DNA of 64,000 bases from a virus. The notes beneath the pieces were generated by a model, which saw nothing but the letters and a program-made list of their open reading frames with translations, had not been told where the DNA came from and did no database searches. The position numbers and the translations under genes are program-made. Location of the stretch: positions 1-64,000 of IMG/VR virus record IMGVR_UViG_3300010430_000014; one strand, 5' to 3'. The first letter of the stretch is position 1. Each line of letters starts with the position of its first letter. Shown piece by piece: positions 37,388-46,884 of the stretch.

Positions 37388-38584
37388 ATGTCATTACAAG
37401 ATCGATTGAACAAAAACAAAGCAAAATTGGGATTAGGTACAAAATCTTCTGAAAGTGCAATTGTTGATAAGTTTAAAAAGCGCAGTACAACTACATTGGA
37501 AAAAACATATGATGATAGAGATAAACAGACTAAATCAGGTGGAATGGGTAAAACTATTTTTGATCCTGAAATGCTTATAGAATATGGATTAGAAGAATGG
37601 CAACCTCATCAAACAGTAGGTGATCACTTTTTTGATATCATGCCTGTTTCATTCGATCCATTGATTCCTTATTGCTTTGAAACATTAGTTCATTTTGCAG
37701 TAGGTTTCGCAAAAGATCAATACATTTGTCCTCATCATTCTCATAGAAAAACTTGCTATCGATGTGAAGCTCAATCAAAACTCTATCGTAAAAAGGAAGA
37801 AATGCTTAAAATATGGTCAGAAGAACGATTCAAAGATGCAGCAAAACGATTGTATCCAAGAGATAGAGTTATTTTCTTAATCTGGAAACGTACTGAAGAA
37901 TTACTGCAAGATGAACCATCTGATCTTACATTACGATTGTGGAATGCACCAAAAGAAGCAGTTCATAAAGAAATCCAAGCAAAAGTTAGAGATAAGATCA
38001 ATCGAACAACATTGGATATTTCTGATATCTCTCCTAATGGTGAAGGTCGAACTGTTGGAATGGAAATTGCAAAAAATAAAACATCAGCAGGTACATTTCC
38101 TGGGTATAGTGCATTTGAATTACATCCAAGAGAAAAACCAATTCCAAAGGAAATATTAGAACAATTGAATAAAATCATAATTGATGCAGATGAAAATGGT
38201 TTTAATAACGCAATTGAAATGTTCATTCACTTCCCTACCTATGAAGAAATCAAAGAATCAATGTTGACTGAAGAAGATGATGATGAAAAAACTCCTACTG
38301 CTTCTGACAAAAAATCATCATTAAAACAACAATTACAATCAAAAGACATAGAAGATGATAATAACAAAACAGTTACCGTTGAAGAAGTTTTAAAAGAAAT
38401 TGAATTAATATGTGCTGAATTACAAGAAATGCTTAATAAAAAATCTTCAATTGCATTTAAAGCATGGTGCAAAAATAATAATTACGAAGAAGCATTAGAA
38501 TTTTCTGAACAGACAGCAGCAGTTGAAGCTATTATTGAAGATTTTTATGAAAAACAAATAGCTGAAGCAGATGTTGATATTTAA
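37388..38584 (+). CDS. gp32-like single-stranded DNA-binding protein
   Basis: H..VG...CP....CYRCE Zn site, acidic C-terminus, next to recA. Confidence 0.7.
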   Translation: MSLQDRLNKNKAKLGLGTKSSESAIVDKFKKRSTTTLEKTYDDRDKQTKSGGMGKTIFDPEMLIEYGLEEWQPHQTVGDHFFDIMPVSFDPLIPYCFETLVHFAVGFAKDQYICPHHSHRKTCYRCEAQSKLYRKKEEMLKIWSEERFKDAAKRLYPRDRVIFLIWKRTEELLQDEPSDLTLRLWNAPKEAVHKEIQAKVRDKINRTTLDISDISPNGEGRTVGMEIAKNKTSAGTFPGYSAFELHPREKPIPKEILEQLNKIIIDADENGFNNAIEMFIHFPTYEEIKESMLTEEDDDEKTPTASDKKSSLKQQLQSKDIEDDNNKTVTVEEVLKEIELICAELQEMLNKKSSIAFKAWCKNNNYEEALEFSEQTAAVEAIIEDFYEKQIAEADVDI

Positions 38585-38615
38585 CTTTTAATTAATTATA
38601 TAATAAGGAGCAATC

Positions 38616-39743
38616 ATGGCAAGAATTAAATTGGAATCCAAAATACCCAATTTACGTGAGCGATTAAAAACTTGCGAAATATTGCCAGAAGTAGAGATAG
38701 GTTTAAAAAAACCTCTCTATTTTGTGGATTCGGGTTCTTGGATGTTAAATTTAGCATTAACAAATCAAGTGGATCAAGGTTATCCAGTCGGTAGAGTAAT
38801 TAATCCAATTGGAGATTATTCTACCGGAAAAACCTTATTAGCATGTGAAGAAGTCAATTCAATATGGTATTTGGAGCATATACTTAAAAATAAAAAAGTT
38901 AAAATCTATTATGATGAACCAGAACATGCTTTTGATTATCGATTAGCTGCAAAGTTTAATGTACCATTAAATGAAGTATATGGATTACGTGAAGATCTAA
39001 AAGGATACAAACATAAAAAAGGTGAAAAACCTTTTACACGATCACGTACAGTTGAAGATCTTTATAATAATCTTGATCGCATTACTAAAACTGAAAGTGA
39101 TTATGACATTGTTCTTTATGTATTAGATTCACTTGATTCATTAAGAGATGCAAGAGAAATTAAACATCTTAAAACAAAAGGTATTGCTAAACAAGACATG
39201 GGAGGATCTAAAGCAAGGGTATTATCTCAATTGTTTCGTAATATGATTGAAGGTGTACATAATTCAAATATTCTATTGTTTATCTTATCTCAAATCCGAA
39301 TGAATGTCGGTGTAGTATTTGGAGATCCAAATGGAAGGGCAGGTGGCAAAGCTCTGGATCATTATGCTTCACAAATGTTTATGCTCAAAGAAATTGGAAA
39401 AATTCAAACTGAGAAAAAAATCAATCAAGGAATTGAAGTTAGAGTTAAAATTAAAAAGAACAAAACAGGTAGTCGTTACAATGATGTTGTTTTTAATATT
39501 TTACATGGATATGGAATTGATAACTATGGATCTGCTGTAAATTTTCTTTGGGATGAAAAACAATTTGAACGATCCGGTAATTATCTTATTTTTAATGGAG
39601 AAAAAATGTATCGAGCAGATCTAATTGAATTAGCAGCTAACAATATAAATGTTGCAGATCTTTTAAAAGAAAAATTACAATTCTATTGGAATGAAATCGT
39701 TCTTGAAGCTGAGATTGATCGAAAACCTAAATGGGGAGGTTAA
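38616..39743 (+). CDS. recA: RecA/UvsX recombinase
   Basis: SGS..LN.AL, GDYSTGKT, VLDSLD, SQIR, GGKALDHYAS, KNK. Confidence 0.95.
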   Translation: MARIKLESKIPNLRERLKTCEILPEVEIGLKKPLYFVDSGSWMLNLALTNQVDQGYPVGRVINPIGDYSTGKTLLACEEVNSIWYLEHILKNKKVKIYYDEPEHAFDYRLAAKFNVPLNEVYGLREDLKGYKHKKGEKPFTRSRTVEDLYNNLDRITKTESDYDIVLYVLDSLDSLRDAREIKHLKTKGIAKQDMGGSKARVLSQLFRNMIEGVHNSNILLFILSQIRMNVGVVFGDPNGRAGGKALDHYASQMFMLKEIGKIQTEKKINQGIEVRVKIKKNKTGSRYNDVVFNILHGYGIDNYGSAVNFLWDEKQFERSGNYLIFNGEKMYRADLIELAANNINVADLLKEKLQFYWNEIVLEAEIDRKPKWGG

Positions 39744-39744
39744 C

Positions 39745-40158
39745 TTGGATGATTTAAAAAAGTTTTTTGATTTTTTTTTGAGTGCAGATTCCAAAGAAAG
39801 AGAAGCAGTTTTTGGAAAAATACCCAATTTTCGTGGACTATTAAAAATCAATCAAGAGTTTAATTTTATTAAGCTAACGGATTTAATTCAATTATATGTC
39901 TATCTTTTTTATCCAAAGGATATTATTGTAGTTATTTTAGATCCTCAATTAGCAATAGAATATGTACCAAAAATTAAAATGTTAAAGAGGGATAATTTTG
40001 ATGCATATTTAAAAGCCAAATATTGTAATTTTATTGTAATTGATTTTGAATCAATTGTAGCAGCAGAAGATTGGGTATTTTCTTTTCCTACTAATGAAAT
40101 CAAATATGAAATTTATTCAAAAACAAAATTAGTTCGGAGTCAAGAAGGAAAAATATAA
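39745..40158 (+). CDS. Hypothetical protein
   Basis: GGAGG RBS before TTG 39745. Confidence 0.6.
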   Translation: MDDLKKFFDFFLSADSKEREAVFGKIPNFRGLLKINQEFNFIKLTDLIQLYVYLFYPKDIIVVILDPQLAIEYVPKIKMLKRDNFDAYLKAKYCNFIVIDFESIVAAEDWVFSFPTNEIKYEIYSKTKLVRSQEGKI

Positions 40159-40159
40159 T

Positions 40160-40795
40160 ATGGCAAAAGGTGGAACATATGAAGGGGAAATATCAAAAGA
40201 ACTATCTCTTTATTTAACCCATATGAAAACTGAAGATGGGATCTGGAGAACTGAACAATCAGGTGGTAGAGCAACAACTAAAGCAAAAGCTAATATGCAA
40301 GTGCGCCAAGATCAATATGGAGATATAACCTATACTATTCCAGAAACAAAATTCTGGTTCGATATATTTTCAATTGAATGCAAAACGGGATATGCAAAGA
40401 AAACCAAATCAAAGAAAAAGAAAAGTACAACAGTAACAATGTGGTCACTTCTGGATTTAATTGATTCACAACAAATAATGACTCAGTTTCATGAATTTTG
40501 GAATCAATGTCTTAATGATGCAATTGAATCAAAACGTGAACCAATGCTTATATTCCGTAGAAACAGACGATCTTCCTGTATTGCTATGCATATTGATATT
40601 TTTATAGGATTTATAAAACGTTTTGGAGATCCTACTTTTAATTTTATAACTGTTAATGGTGAGTTTTGTTATCTTCCAGTTACTATAATGAATTTACGAC
40701 AATTTTTTGATTGGACTGAAGCTATTAATCCTATTGTAGTACAGAACTATATTGTACGACAATTGATGCGGAGGAAAAAAAATGAAACGAAATAA
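40160..40795 (+). CDS. PD-(D/E)xK Holliday junction resolvase
   Basis: KG..YE..I...L, R...SGG, GDI, IECK, PMLIFRRNR. Confidence 0.85.
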   Translation: MAKGGTYEGEISKELSLYLTHMKTEDGIWRTEQSGGRATTKAKANMQVRQDQYGDITYTIPETKFWFDIFSIECKTGYAKKTKSKKKKSTTVTMWSLLDLIDSQQIMTQFHEFWNQCLNDAIESKREPMLIFRRNRRSSCIAMHIDIFIGFIKRFGDPTFNFITVNGEFCYLPVTIMNLRQFFDWTEAINPIVVQNYIVRQLMRRKKNETK

Positions 40796-41351
40796 CATAA
40801 ACTGGATATTTAACAATCATTCAACAGAAAGGTTTTTTGAACGTACCTCTTTAAATTCAACTAAAAAACAAATTGCTAAAGCAATAATTAATAAACAAAT
40901 AACACCCTTCAAAAGAATAAATGTTACTCGATCTATGACTTACATTCATGTGAATAAAGAAATCATTAAAACTGTTATGCATCGAAAGAAAAATAAAATC
41001 ATTACAATCCTACCCTGGAAGTCCATCTATCAATACATTATCAAATTAGAAATTACTCAATATCAAAGTGGAGTATATACTATTCATCTATTCCCTGATT
41101 GTTACCTTGAAACTAATAAACCAAATGCTTTGACCAAAATATATAGAGAAAATATTGAAAATATTGAATACAATCATCCATTATTCAATACAATATTTAA
41201 TATAGCATGGTATTATTTTCAATTAGATGAAGAACATAAAACTATACAAAAGAAAAGGATAACAGGGAATGAAACGTTTGAAATTAAAAGAAAAGCCAAA
41301 ACGATTGAGCCTATCATCCGATACGGAATCGACCATTGCGAATTACATTGA
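40782..41351 (+). CDS. Hypothetical protein (RelE/DUF4258-like H..ER..ER)
   Basis: HSTERFFER...IITILP. Confidence 0.55.
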   Translation: MKRNNINWIFNNHSTERFFERTSLNSTKKQIAKAIINKQITPFKRINVTRSMTYIHVNKEIIKTVMHRKKNKIITILPWKSIYQYIIKLEITQYQSGVYTIHLFPDCYLETNKPNALTKIYRENIENIEYNHPLFNTIFNIAWYYFQLDEEHKTIQKKRITGNETFEIKRKAKTIEPIIRYGIDHCELH

Positions 41352-41610
41352 TAATATAGAATATTTGTTAGACGAATATCATTTACACACAAAAATAAAT
41401 GAAGATCTTCCCTATTATAAATGGATTAAATACACTGACCATTTACCATTAAATGAACATAGACCTATCTTAATTTACGATTCACATTATGATAACATAT
41501 CTGAAGGTATCTCTTTTGTTGCTCTACAACATGGTTTATACAGTAAGTACATGAAATATGATAAGTATTTACCTTCCCACTGGATGCGAATAAAAAAACC
41601 GGAGGATTAA
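41269..41610 (+). CDS. DUF551-like protein
   Basis: WIK..D.LP...SHWM.I..P. Confidence 0.7.
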   Translation: MKRLKLKEKPKRLSLSSDTESTIANYIDNIEYLLDEYHLHTKINEDLPYYKWIKYTDHLPLNEHRPILIYDSHYDNISEGISFVALQHGLYSKYMKYDKYLPSHWMRIKKPED

Positions 41611-41611
41611 T

Positions 41612-41821
41612 ATGCCTACAGAAAAAATATTAGAAGATAAAATAGTAATAACAGGAAAACGATTAGAAGACATGCCAAATGATTTAAGAATAATTGCTGC
41701 ATTGGTTAAACGTTTAGGCGGTGAAGTTATATTAGCAGATAAAGAAGTAGCAATCACTAATTTTAAAGGAGTCATGCTTCAACTATCAAAACATGGTAGT
41801 GTAATTATAAAGGTTAAATAA
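41612..41821 (+). CDS. Hypothetical protein
   Basis: GGAGG RBS. Confidence 0.65.
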   Translation: MPTEKILEDKIVITGKRLEDMPNDLRIIAALVKRLGGEVILADKEVAITNFKGVMLQLSKHGSVIIKVK

Positions 41822-42891
41822 TGTATTTCACAGAACTCATAGTTAAAGCATTCGGATTGCATGAAAGTGTAAAGGTTAAATTTACACAAGGATTGAATGT
41901 GCTTGTTGGTGAATCGGAAACTGGCAAAACTACTTTAATCAGAGCATTATACCTTTTAATTGAAAATCAACCAAGAGCAGGAGAAAAACTATATCACAAT
42001 TGGGATATTGACGATCCAGTAGATATTCAATTAACCACTAATAAAGGTGATACAGTTAGACGTAAAGATAATAAATATTATCTCAATGATGGTCGGCCTT
42101 TAAAAGCCTTTGGTTCATCTGTTCCAGAACCAATACGTCAATTGTTTAATTTTAAAGAAATCAATTGGCAAAGACAAATGGATATACATTATCTTTTATT
42201 TTCTACCGGAGGTAAAGCAGCAAGGCTTTTAAATAAAGCAACTGGATTATCTGATCAAGAGATAATCATTGCAGATATAAAAGAAAATTTATCTAAATCA
42301 AAATCTGAAATCAAACGATTGAAAAAAAATAATCATGAACATCAACAAACTATTGAAAGGTTAAAAAATGTAACTCGATATAAAATTAAAATTGAAGCAG
42401 TTTTGTATATAAAAGAAGAAGCAAAAGATTTACAATTAAAAGCAAATAAATTAGAAAATATATTAGTTCAACTTCAATTAATAGAGGAAATCAAAATGGA
42501 TTATAATAAATTAAAACCTTATAGAATTAATTTGAATAAAATATTTAAAAAATTTGAAGAAGTTCAAGATTTTAAAGAATACGTTGAAGAACTTAGAACC
42601 ATATTAACAAAAATAGAAGAAACTCATACTGTCGATCCTGATCTTGTACTGAATTATTTAGAAACATTACAAACCCTCCACAGCAGATTTTCAGAAAATT
42701 CTACAATGTTAAACAAAACCATTTTGTTAGAACGATTATTAGCAGATATTGAAACAACAAAGAAAATAAAAAATCAATTAACAACTGAAATTAAACAAGA
42801 CAAAAAAGAAATAGACAATAAATTTATAGAATTAGGTTACTGTCCATTCTGTAATAGAAAGGTAAAAGATGGAGATACTTGTAGTTGCTGA
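41821..42891 (+). CDS. sbcC: SbcC/Rad50-like ATPase, N-terminal half
   Basis: GLNVLVGESETGKTTLIRAL, Q-loop WQRQ, coiled coil, CPFC zinc hook at the C-end. Confidence 0.88.
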   Translation: MYFTELIVKAFGLHESVKVKFTQGLNVLVGESETGKTTLIRALYLLIENQPRAGEKLYHNWDIDDPVDIQLTTNKGDTVRRKDNKYYLNDGRPLKAFGSSVPEPIRQLFNFKEINWQRQMDIHYLLFSTGGKAARLLNKATGLSDQEIIIADIKENLSKSKSEIKRLKKNNHEHQQTIERLKNVTRYKIKIEAVLYIKEEAKDLQLKANKLENILVQLQLIEEIKMDYNKLKPYRINLNKIFKKFEEVQDFKEYVEELRTILTKIEETHTVDPDLVLNYLETLQTLHSRFSENSTMLNKTILLERLLADIETTKKIKNQLTTEIKQDKKEIDNKFIELGYCPFCNRKVKDGDTCSC

Positions 42892-43807
42892 TAGTCATTT
42901 AACCGGACGCAATCCTATTGCACGTTTAGATGATCTTGTTGAACTCCAATTTGAAAAATGGAAAGAAATTGTACATCATGCAAATTATTATGATGTACCA
43001 ATCATTCATGCCGGAGATATATTTAACGTTGCAGTAGTAGCAAACTCATTACTTACTCGATTGGGAGAAATATTAAATAAATTAAAACAACCATTATATT
43101 TTGTTTGGGGCAATCATGATCTTCAATATCATTCACCTGAAATGTGGGATCGTACATCTCTTGGAGTACTTTGGAAAAACAATAATAAAGTAAAACATAT
43201 CTCTGAATTTTTCATGAATTATAAAGCTAAAATTAATTGGGCATGGTGGGATTGGGGATCAGATGATATACAATGGTTAGGTAATCCTCCAAAATTATTG
43301 CTCAGTCATAAAGCAATTGTTAATGATAAATTAACTGGAACAAACTCATGGATTCAAAATGATCGAGAATTCTGTCATCCAATAAAGGAAGTACATCCAA
43401 AATTTAAACTTGTTATCTGTGGTCATTGGCATAGAACTTATAACTATAACTATCAAGGTACAAGGGTTATAAATCCTGGGCCAATGATCAGACGCACAGT
43501 TGATGAATGGTTAAAACCTTCAGTTATATTATTAAATATTGATACATTAATACATAAGAAAATCTATTTAGACACCCCTGATCCAGAACTCATATTATCC
43601 AGAACACATATTGAACAGAAAATTGAAACCAGAACAGATAATATTGTCAAATTTGTTGATGCATTAAAAATTAAAAAGGAATCTAAAAAAGCATCGTTTA
43701 TGAAAAATCTATTTCATAACTTAGATCAACATGAAATTCCACCAAGAGTTGAAAAGGTAATTAGAGAAACAGTAATGAGATTAATAGAAAAAGGACAATT
43801 AAAATGA
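42869..43807 (+). CDS. sbcD: SbcD/Mre11-like nuclease
   Basis: DSH, GDIF, GNHD, GHWH, NPGP. Confidence 0.92.
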   Translation: MEILVVADSHLTGRNPIARLDDLVELQFEKWKEIVHHANYYDVPIIHAGDIFNVAVVANSLLTRLGEILNKLKQPLYFVWGNHDLQYHSPEMWDRTSLGVLWKNNNKVKHISEFFMNYKAKINWAWWDWGSDDIQWLGNPPKLLLSHKAIVNDKLTGTNSWIQNDREFCHPIKEVHPKFKLVICGHWHRTYNYNYQGTRVINPGPMIRRTVDEWLKPSVILLNIDTLIHKKIYLDTPDPELILSRTHIEQKIETRTDNIVKFVDALKIKKESKKASFMKNLFHNLDQHEIPPRVEKVIRETVMRLIEKGQLK

Positions 43808-44319
43808 CAAAAAGAAAATTATTTTTTAAAAACACAACTCCCTCTACTTCTTGTGATCATGTTCAACACCATTGGTTATCTGATTTATCGTGGAAAATGC
43901 AAACAGTAATAAACCAGGGGTTTCGTGCGCCTGATACACATTTTTGTAAAAAAGTTAAAATAATATGTAGATGGATAAGATCAGTTGTGTTACAAAATGC
44001 AGACAAAGAACATACTTTCATGTGTACAAAAAAAGAAATGCCTGAAGTAGAAGAATTAGAACATGAATTAAACTATTGCTCTGTTCATTTTGCCTCTCAT
44101 TTTTTATATGCTTTAGAAATAATCGGTTATATGCATCCTGATTCAGAAATAAGAGCTTTGGGTATTAAATATTATGAAGGAATCACAAAAGATCTTTGGC
44201 ATTTTAATTGTGAAACTAAAAAACAATTAAAAATACGTTTAGCAGATGTAGATCATACACCTGTTGTAAAAGAGTGTCCAAAAGAAGAATATAATGATAG
44301 ATATATAAACTATGGATAA
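43804..44319 (+). CDS. Phage hypothetical protein
   Basis: W...L..KMQ....RAPD, HF..H...ALEIIGY.HP. Confidence 0.7.
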   Translation: MTKRKLFFKNTTPSTSCDHVQHHWLSDLSWKMQTVINQGFRAPDTHFCKKVKIICRWIRSVVLQNADKEHTFMCTKKEMPEVEELEHELNYCSVHFASHFLYALEIIGYMHPDSEIRALGIKYYEGITKDLWHFNCETKKQLKIRLADVDHTPVVKECPKEEYNDRYINYG

Positions 44320-44376
44320 AAATAACTTGAATAAATTCAAAATTTAATTTTTAAAAATTTTTTATGGGGCAAATTA

Positions 44377-44628
44377 ATGAATACAATAGAAGATAAACTT
44401 ATAAGAATGAAAAAACTTTTGGATGAAAAAAAAGATAAAAATTCAAAAGCAATTGCTCAAGAAGAATTACTTTTAAAACAATTAAAAGAGGAATTCGGAA
44501 TAGATAATTTAGATGAAGGATATGAGTTATATGAGCAATTGATTGATGAAAAAAATGATAAAGAAAAAAGAGTTGCAAACGAAACAAATTCATTATATGA
44601 TTCTATAACCAATGAGGGTTTAATATAA
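44377..44628 (+). CDS. Small coiled-coil protein, possible SbcC middle piece
   Basis: Heptad pattern; LKEEFGI. Confidence 0.6.
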   Translation: MNTIEDKLIRMKKLLDEKKDKNSKAIAQEELLLKQLKEEFGIDNLDEGYELYEQLIDEKNDKEKRVANETNSLYDSITNEGLI

Positions 44629-44646
44629 ATACCACAGAGTAACACT

Positions 44647-45222
44647 ATGATAGAACAATTATACGAAAACATTACAAATTTAGAAACCGAATTGGTGATA
44701 GCTGAACGGTTTCTGAATTCCAATAGGATCACCATTGCAAAGGAAAAATCTTTAATAGAAACCTTTGAGATGGCAAAAGCATATATTATTCGTGTCGGAG
44801 AACACACACAAAAGGAGGTAAAGAAGTTCATTGAAGACACTGTAACTTTTGCTATACAAACTGTTCATGGAGATGAATATAGTTTTATAGCAGATTTTAA
44901 TTATGACAAAAGAGATCAACTTGAAATTAAATGGTTCATTAGTAAATATGGTAATCTTCTTGAACCACGTAAAGATACAATTTCTGGTAGTTTAACTGAC
45001 GTTAGTGCTTTCTCACTCAGATTTGTCATTCATGCATTAGAAGAACCTGAACCTGCACCTATCTTTATTATGGATGAACCATTTAAAAATTGTTCAAAGA
45101 AGTATATCCCTTTGGTGTCACAAATGGTAAAAGAAATTTCTAAATTATTAAACCTTCAGATTGTTATGTGTAGTCACACTGATGAGTTAATTGAAATGGC
45201 AGACAATATTATTTATATGTAG
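44647..45222 (+). CDS. sbcC: SbcC/Rad50-like ATPase, C-terminal half
   Basis: Signature ISGS, Walker B IFIMDEPF, H-loop CSH. Confidence 0.88.
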   Translation: MIEQLYENITNLETELVIAERFLNSNRITIAKEKSLIETFEMAKAYIIRVGEHTQKEVKKFIEDTVTFAIQTVHGDEYSFIADFNYDKRDQLEIKWFISKYGNLLEPRKDTISGSLTDVSAFSLRFVIHALEEPEPAPIFIMDEPFKNCSKKYIPLVSQMVKEISKLLNLQIVMCSHTDELIEMADNIIYM

Positions 45223-45359
45223 ACCAGAGAGGACATTGACTATGAAATGGAAACAAGTTGAGCATGAAAATCATAAAGGGTTAATAACAAACAAAGGACA
45301 GAATTATTTAAAAAAAATAAAAGACATATGTAAAAAATTATATTGATGGAGATATAGCC

Positions 45360-45767
45360 ATGTACTGTGAATGCTTTCAGGCTACTATGTCCGTCAATGC
45401 TTGCATAAGAAGACAAGGATGGGCAAAGTTATACAAAAAAGAAGTGACAGACAAACCTGTTCATGACCATTCACTAATTACCTGCCAAATGTGTACCACA
45501 GGTAAAAAGGTAATTAAAAATCCCGACTGTTTTATAAATAGAGATTATCAATCCTTAAAAAATAAACACTTACAAACTATCAGATGTAGAGGATGGTTAT
45601 TCAAAGATGGTATCTCTTATGAATCTTTATTTGATTCTTTTAATTATACTATGATTAAAAAAGGAGGAAATAACAATGGTGAAAATTCAGCAATCTTTAA
45701 ACTCAATCAACAAGAACGAATTAATAGATTTGTTAGAAAACACAGGCGTCTTGCAAGAAGTAAATAG
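45360..45767 (+). CDS. Cys-containing hypothetical protein
   Basis: C...C..RQ...CQMC..G. Confidence 0.6.
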   Translation: MYCECFQATMSVNACIRRQGWAKLYKKEVTDKPVHDHSLITCQMCTTGKKVIKNPDCFINRDYQSLKNKHLQTIRCRGWLFKDGISYESLFDSFNYTMIKKGGNNNGENSAIFKLNQQERINRFVRKHRRLARSK

Positions 45768-46296
45768 AACTTTCTTTAACCCTTTAGGATTAAATTTAAT
45801 TTTAAAACCAGATCTGACTTTAGATCTTCAAAAAGCAGACAATGATTATGGTATTGCTGTGCATACAATAGATAAATTTAAATTAGGTGCATTCAATGCT
45901 TACAGAATGAAAAGACATGAAAGAAGACAACAAAGACTTGGTTTTATTATTCAAACCCAAGACTTTATTCGTGGTAACAAATTTGAAGAAGAAGATATTA
46001 ATCTTGCTTCACCGGAATCCTTAAAATTAAATACATTATTACGTTGCATCGATAATATTGCTTATCGTGCAAAAAGAAGACTTATGGAAAACTCTCACGA
46101 CAAAGACAAAGATGCACAATCAATAAATTATAGAGCATTATATCATAGTCTGGAAGTTGATATTGCCAATAGTAATTATGTTGATGCAATAGCAAAATCA
46201 GCTATTTTATTATTTGAATCAGAAATCGATGATAAAATTGAAAAGATAAAAAAAGATAAAGAAAAAAAGGATAAACTATTTAAAAAGGAAAAATAA
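45676..46296 (+). CDS. Phage hypothetical protein
   Basis: G.LQEVNR.FF.PLGL motif; AGGAGG RBS. Confidence 0.75.
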   Translation: MVKIQQSLNSINKNELIDLLENTGVLQEVNRTFFNPLGLNLILKPDLTLDLQKADNDYGIAVHTIDKFKLGAFNAYRMKRHERRQQRLGFIIQTQDFIRGNKFEEEDINLASPESLKLNTLLRCIDNIAYRAKRRLMENSHDKDKDAQSINYRALYHSLEVDIANSNYVDAIAKSAILLFESEIDDKIEKIKKDKEKKDKLFKKEK

Positions 46297-46473
46297 ATGG
46301 CTAAGAAAAAATTAAAAAAGGTAAGAAAAAGATCATTAACCATTAGACTTAAAAAAGAAACAGACAATCATTTATTTATTATCATTGCCATAAGTGATAA
46401 TAATTTTAAATGGCATGAATTAAAATTAAAAATTCCAAAAAGCAGATTTAAAGAAATGTAAAGGAAATAATAA

Positions 46474-46884
46474 ATGGCACGATTAAGTCTTCAAACTAAA
46501 GGAGAAGAAAACTTAGTAATTGAACGAAAGATTTCTTCTAAAGATCCAAACTACATACAAGTAAATGATCCATCTAATTTCAATCTGTTAAGAGACAACA
46601 GACATAATGATGAATCTTTTTCCAGAGTGGACAGATTCATGGTTAATCATTACTGGAGAGTTGGTATTGAAATACTATATGAAAGAATATTCTATCCATC
46701 TCAATTTGGTTTTGAAGAAATAGAAGATGATAAATATCATCCTTATAAAAATATGTGTAATCAATTAATAAAAAAAGGTATTGGTCTTTATGGTGATCGG
46801 CCTATACCTCAAATTAGAAAACCTGTTCAACGTCTTACATTAGAATGTAGACCAAAAAGGATGAAATTAGAATGCAAAGACTAA
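46474..46884 (+). CDS. Hypothetical protein with RLxL repeats
   Basis: AAGGA RBS. Confidence 0.65.
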   Translation: MARLSLQTKGEENLVIERKISSKDPNYIQVNDPSNFNLLRDNRHNDESFSRVDRFMVNHYWRVGIEILYERIFYPSQFGFEEIEDDKYHPYKNMCNQLIKKGIGLYGDRPIPQIRKPVQRLTLECRPKRMKLECKD

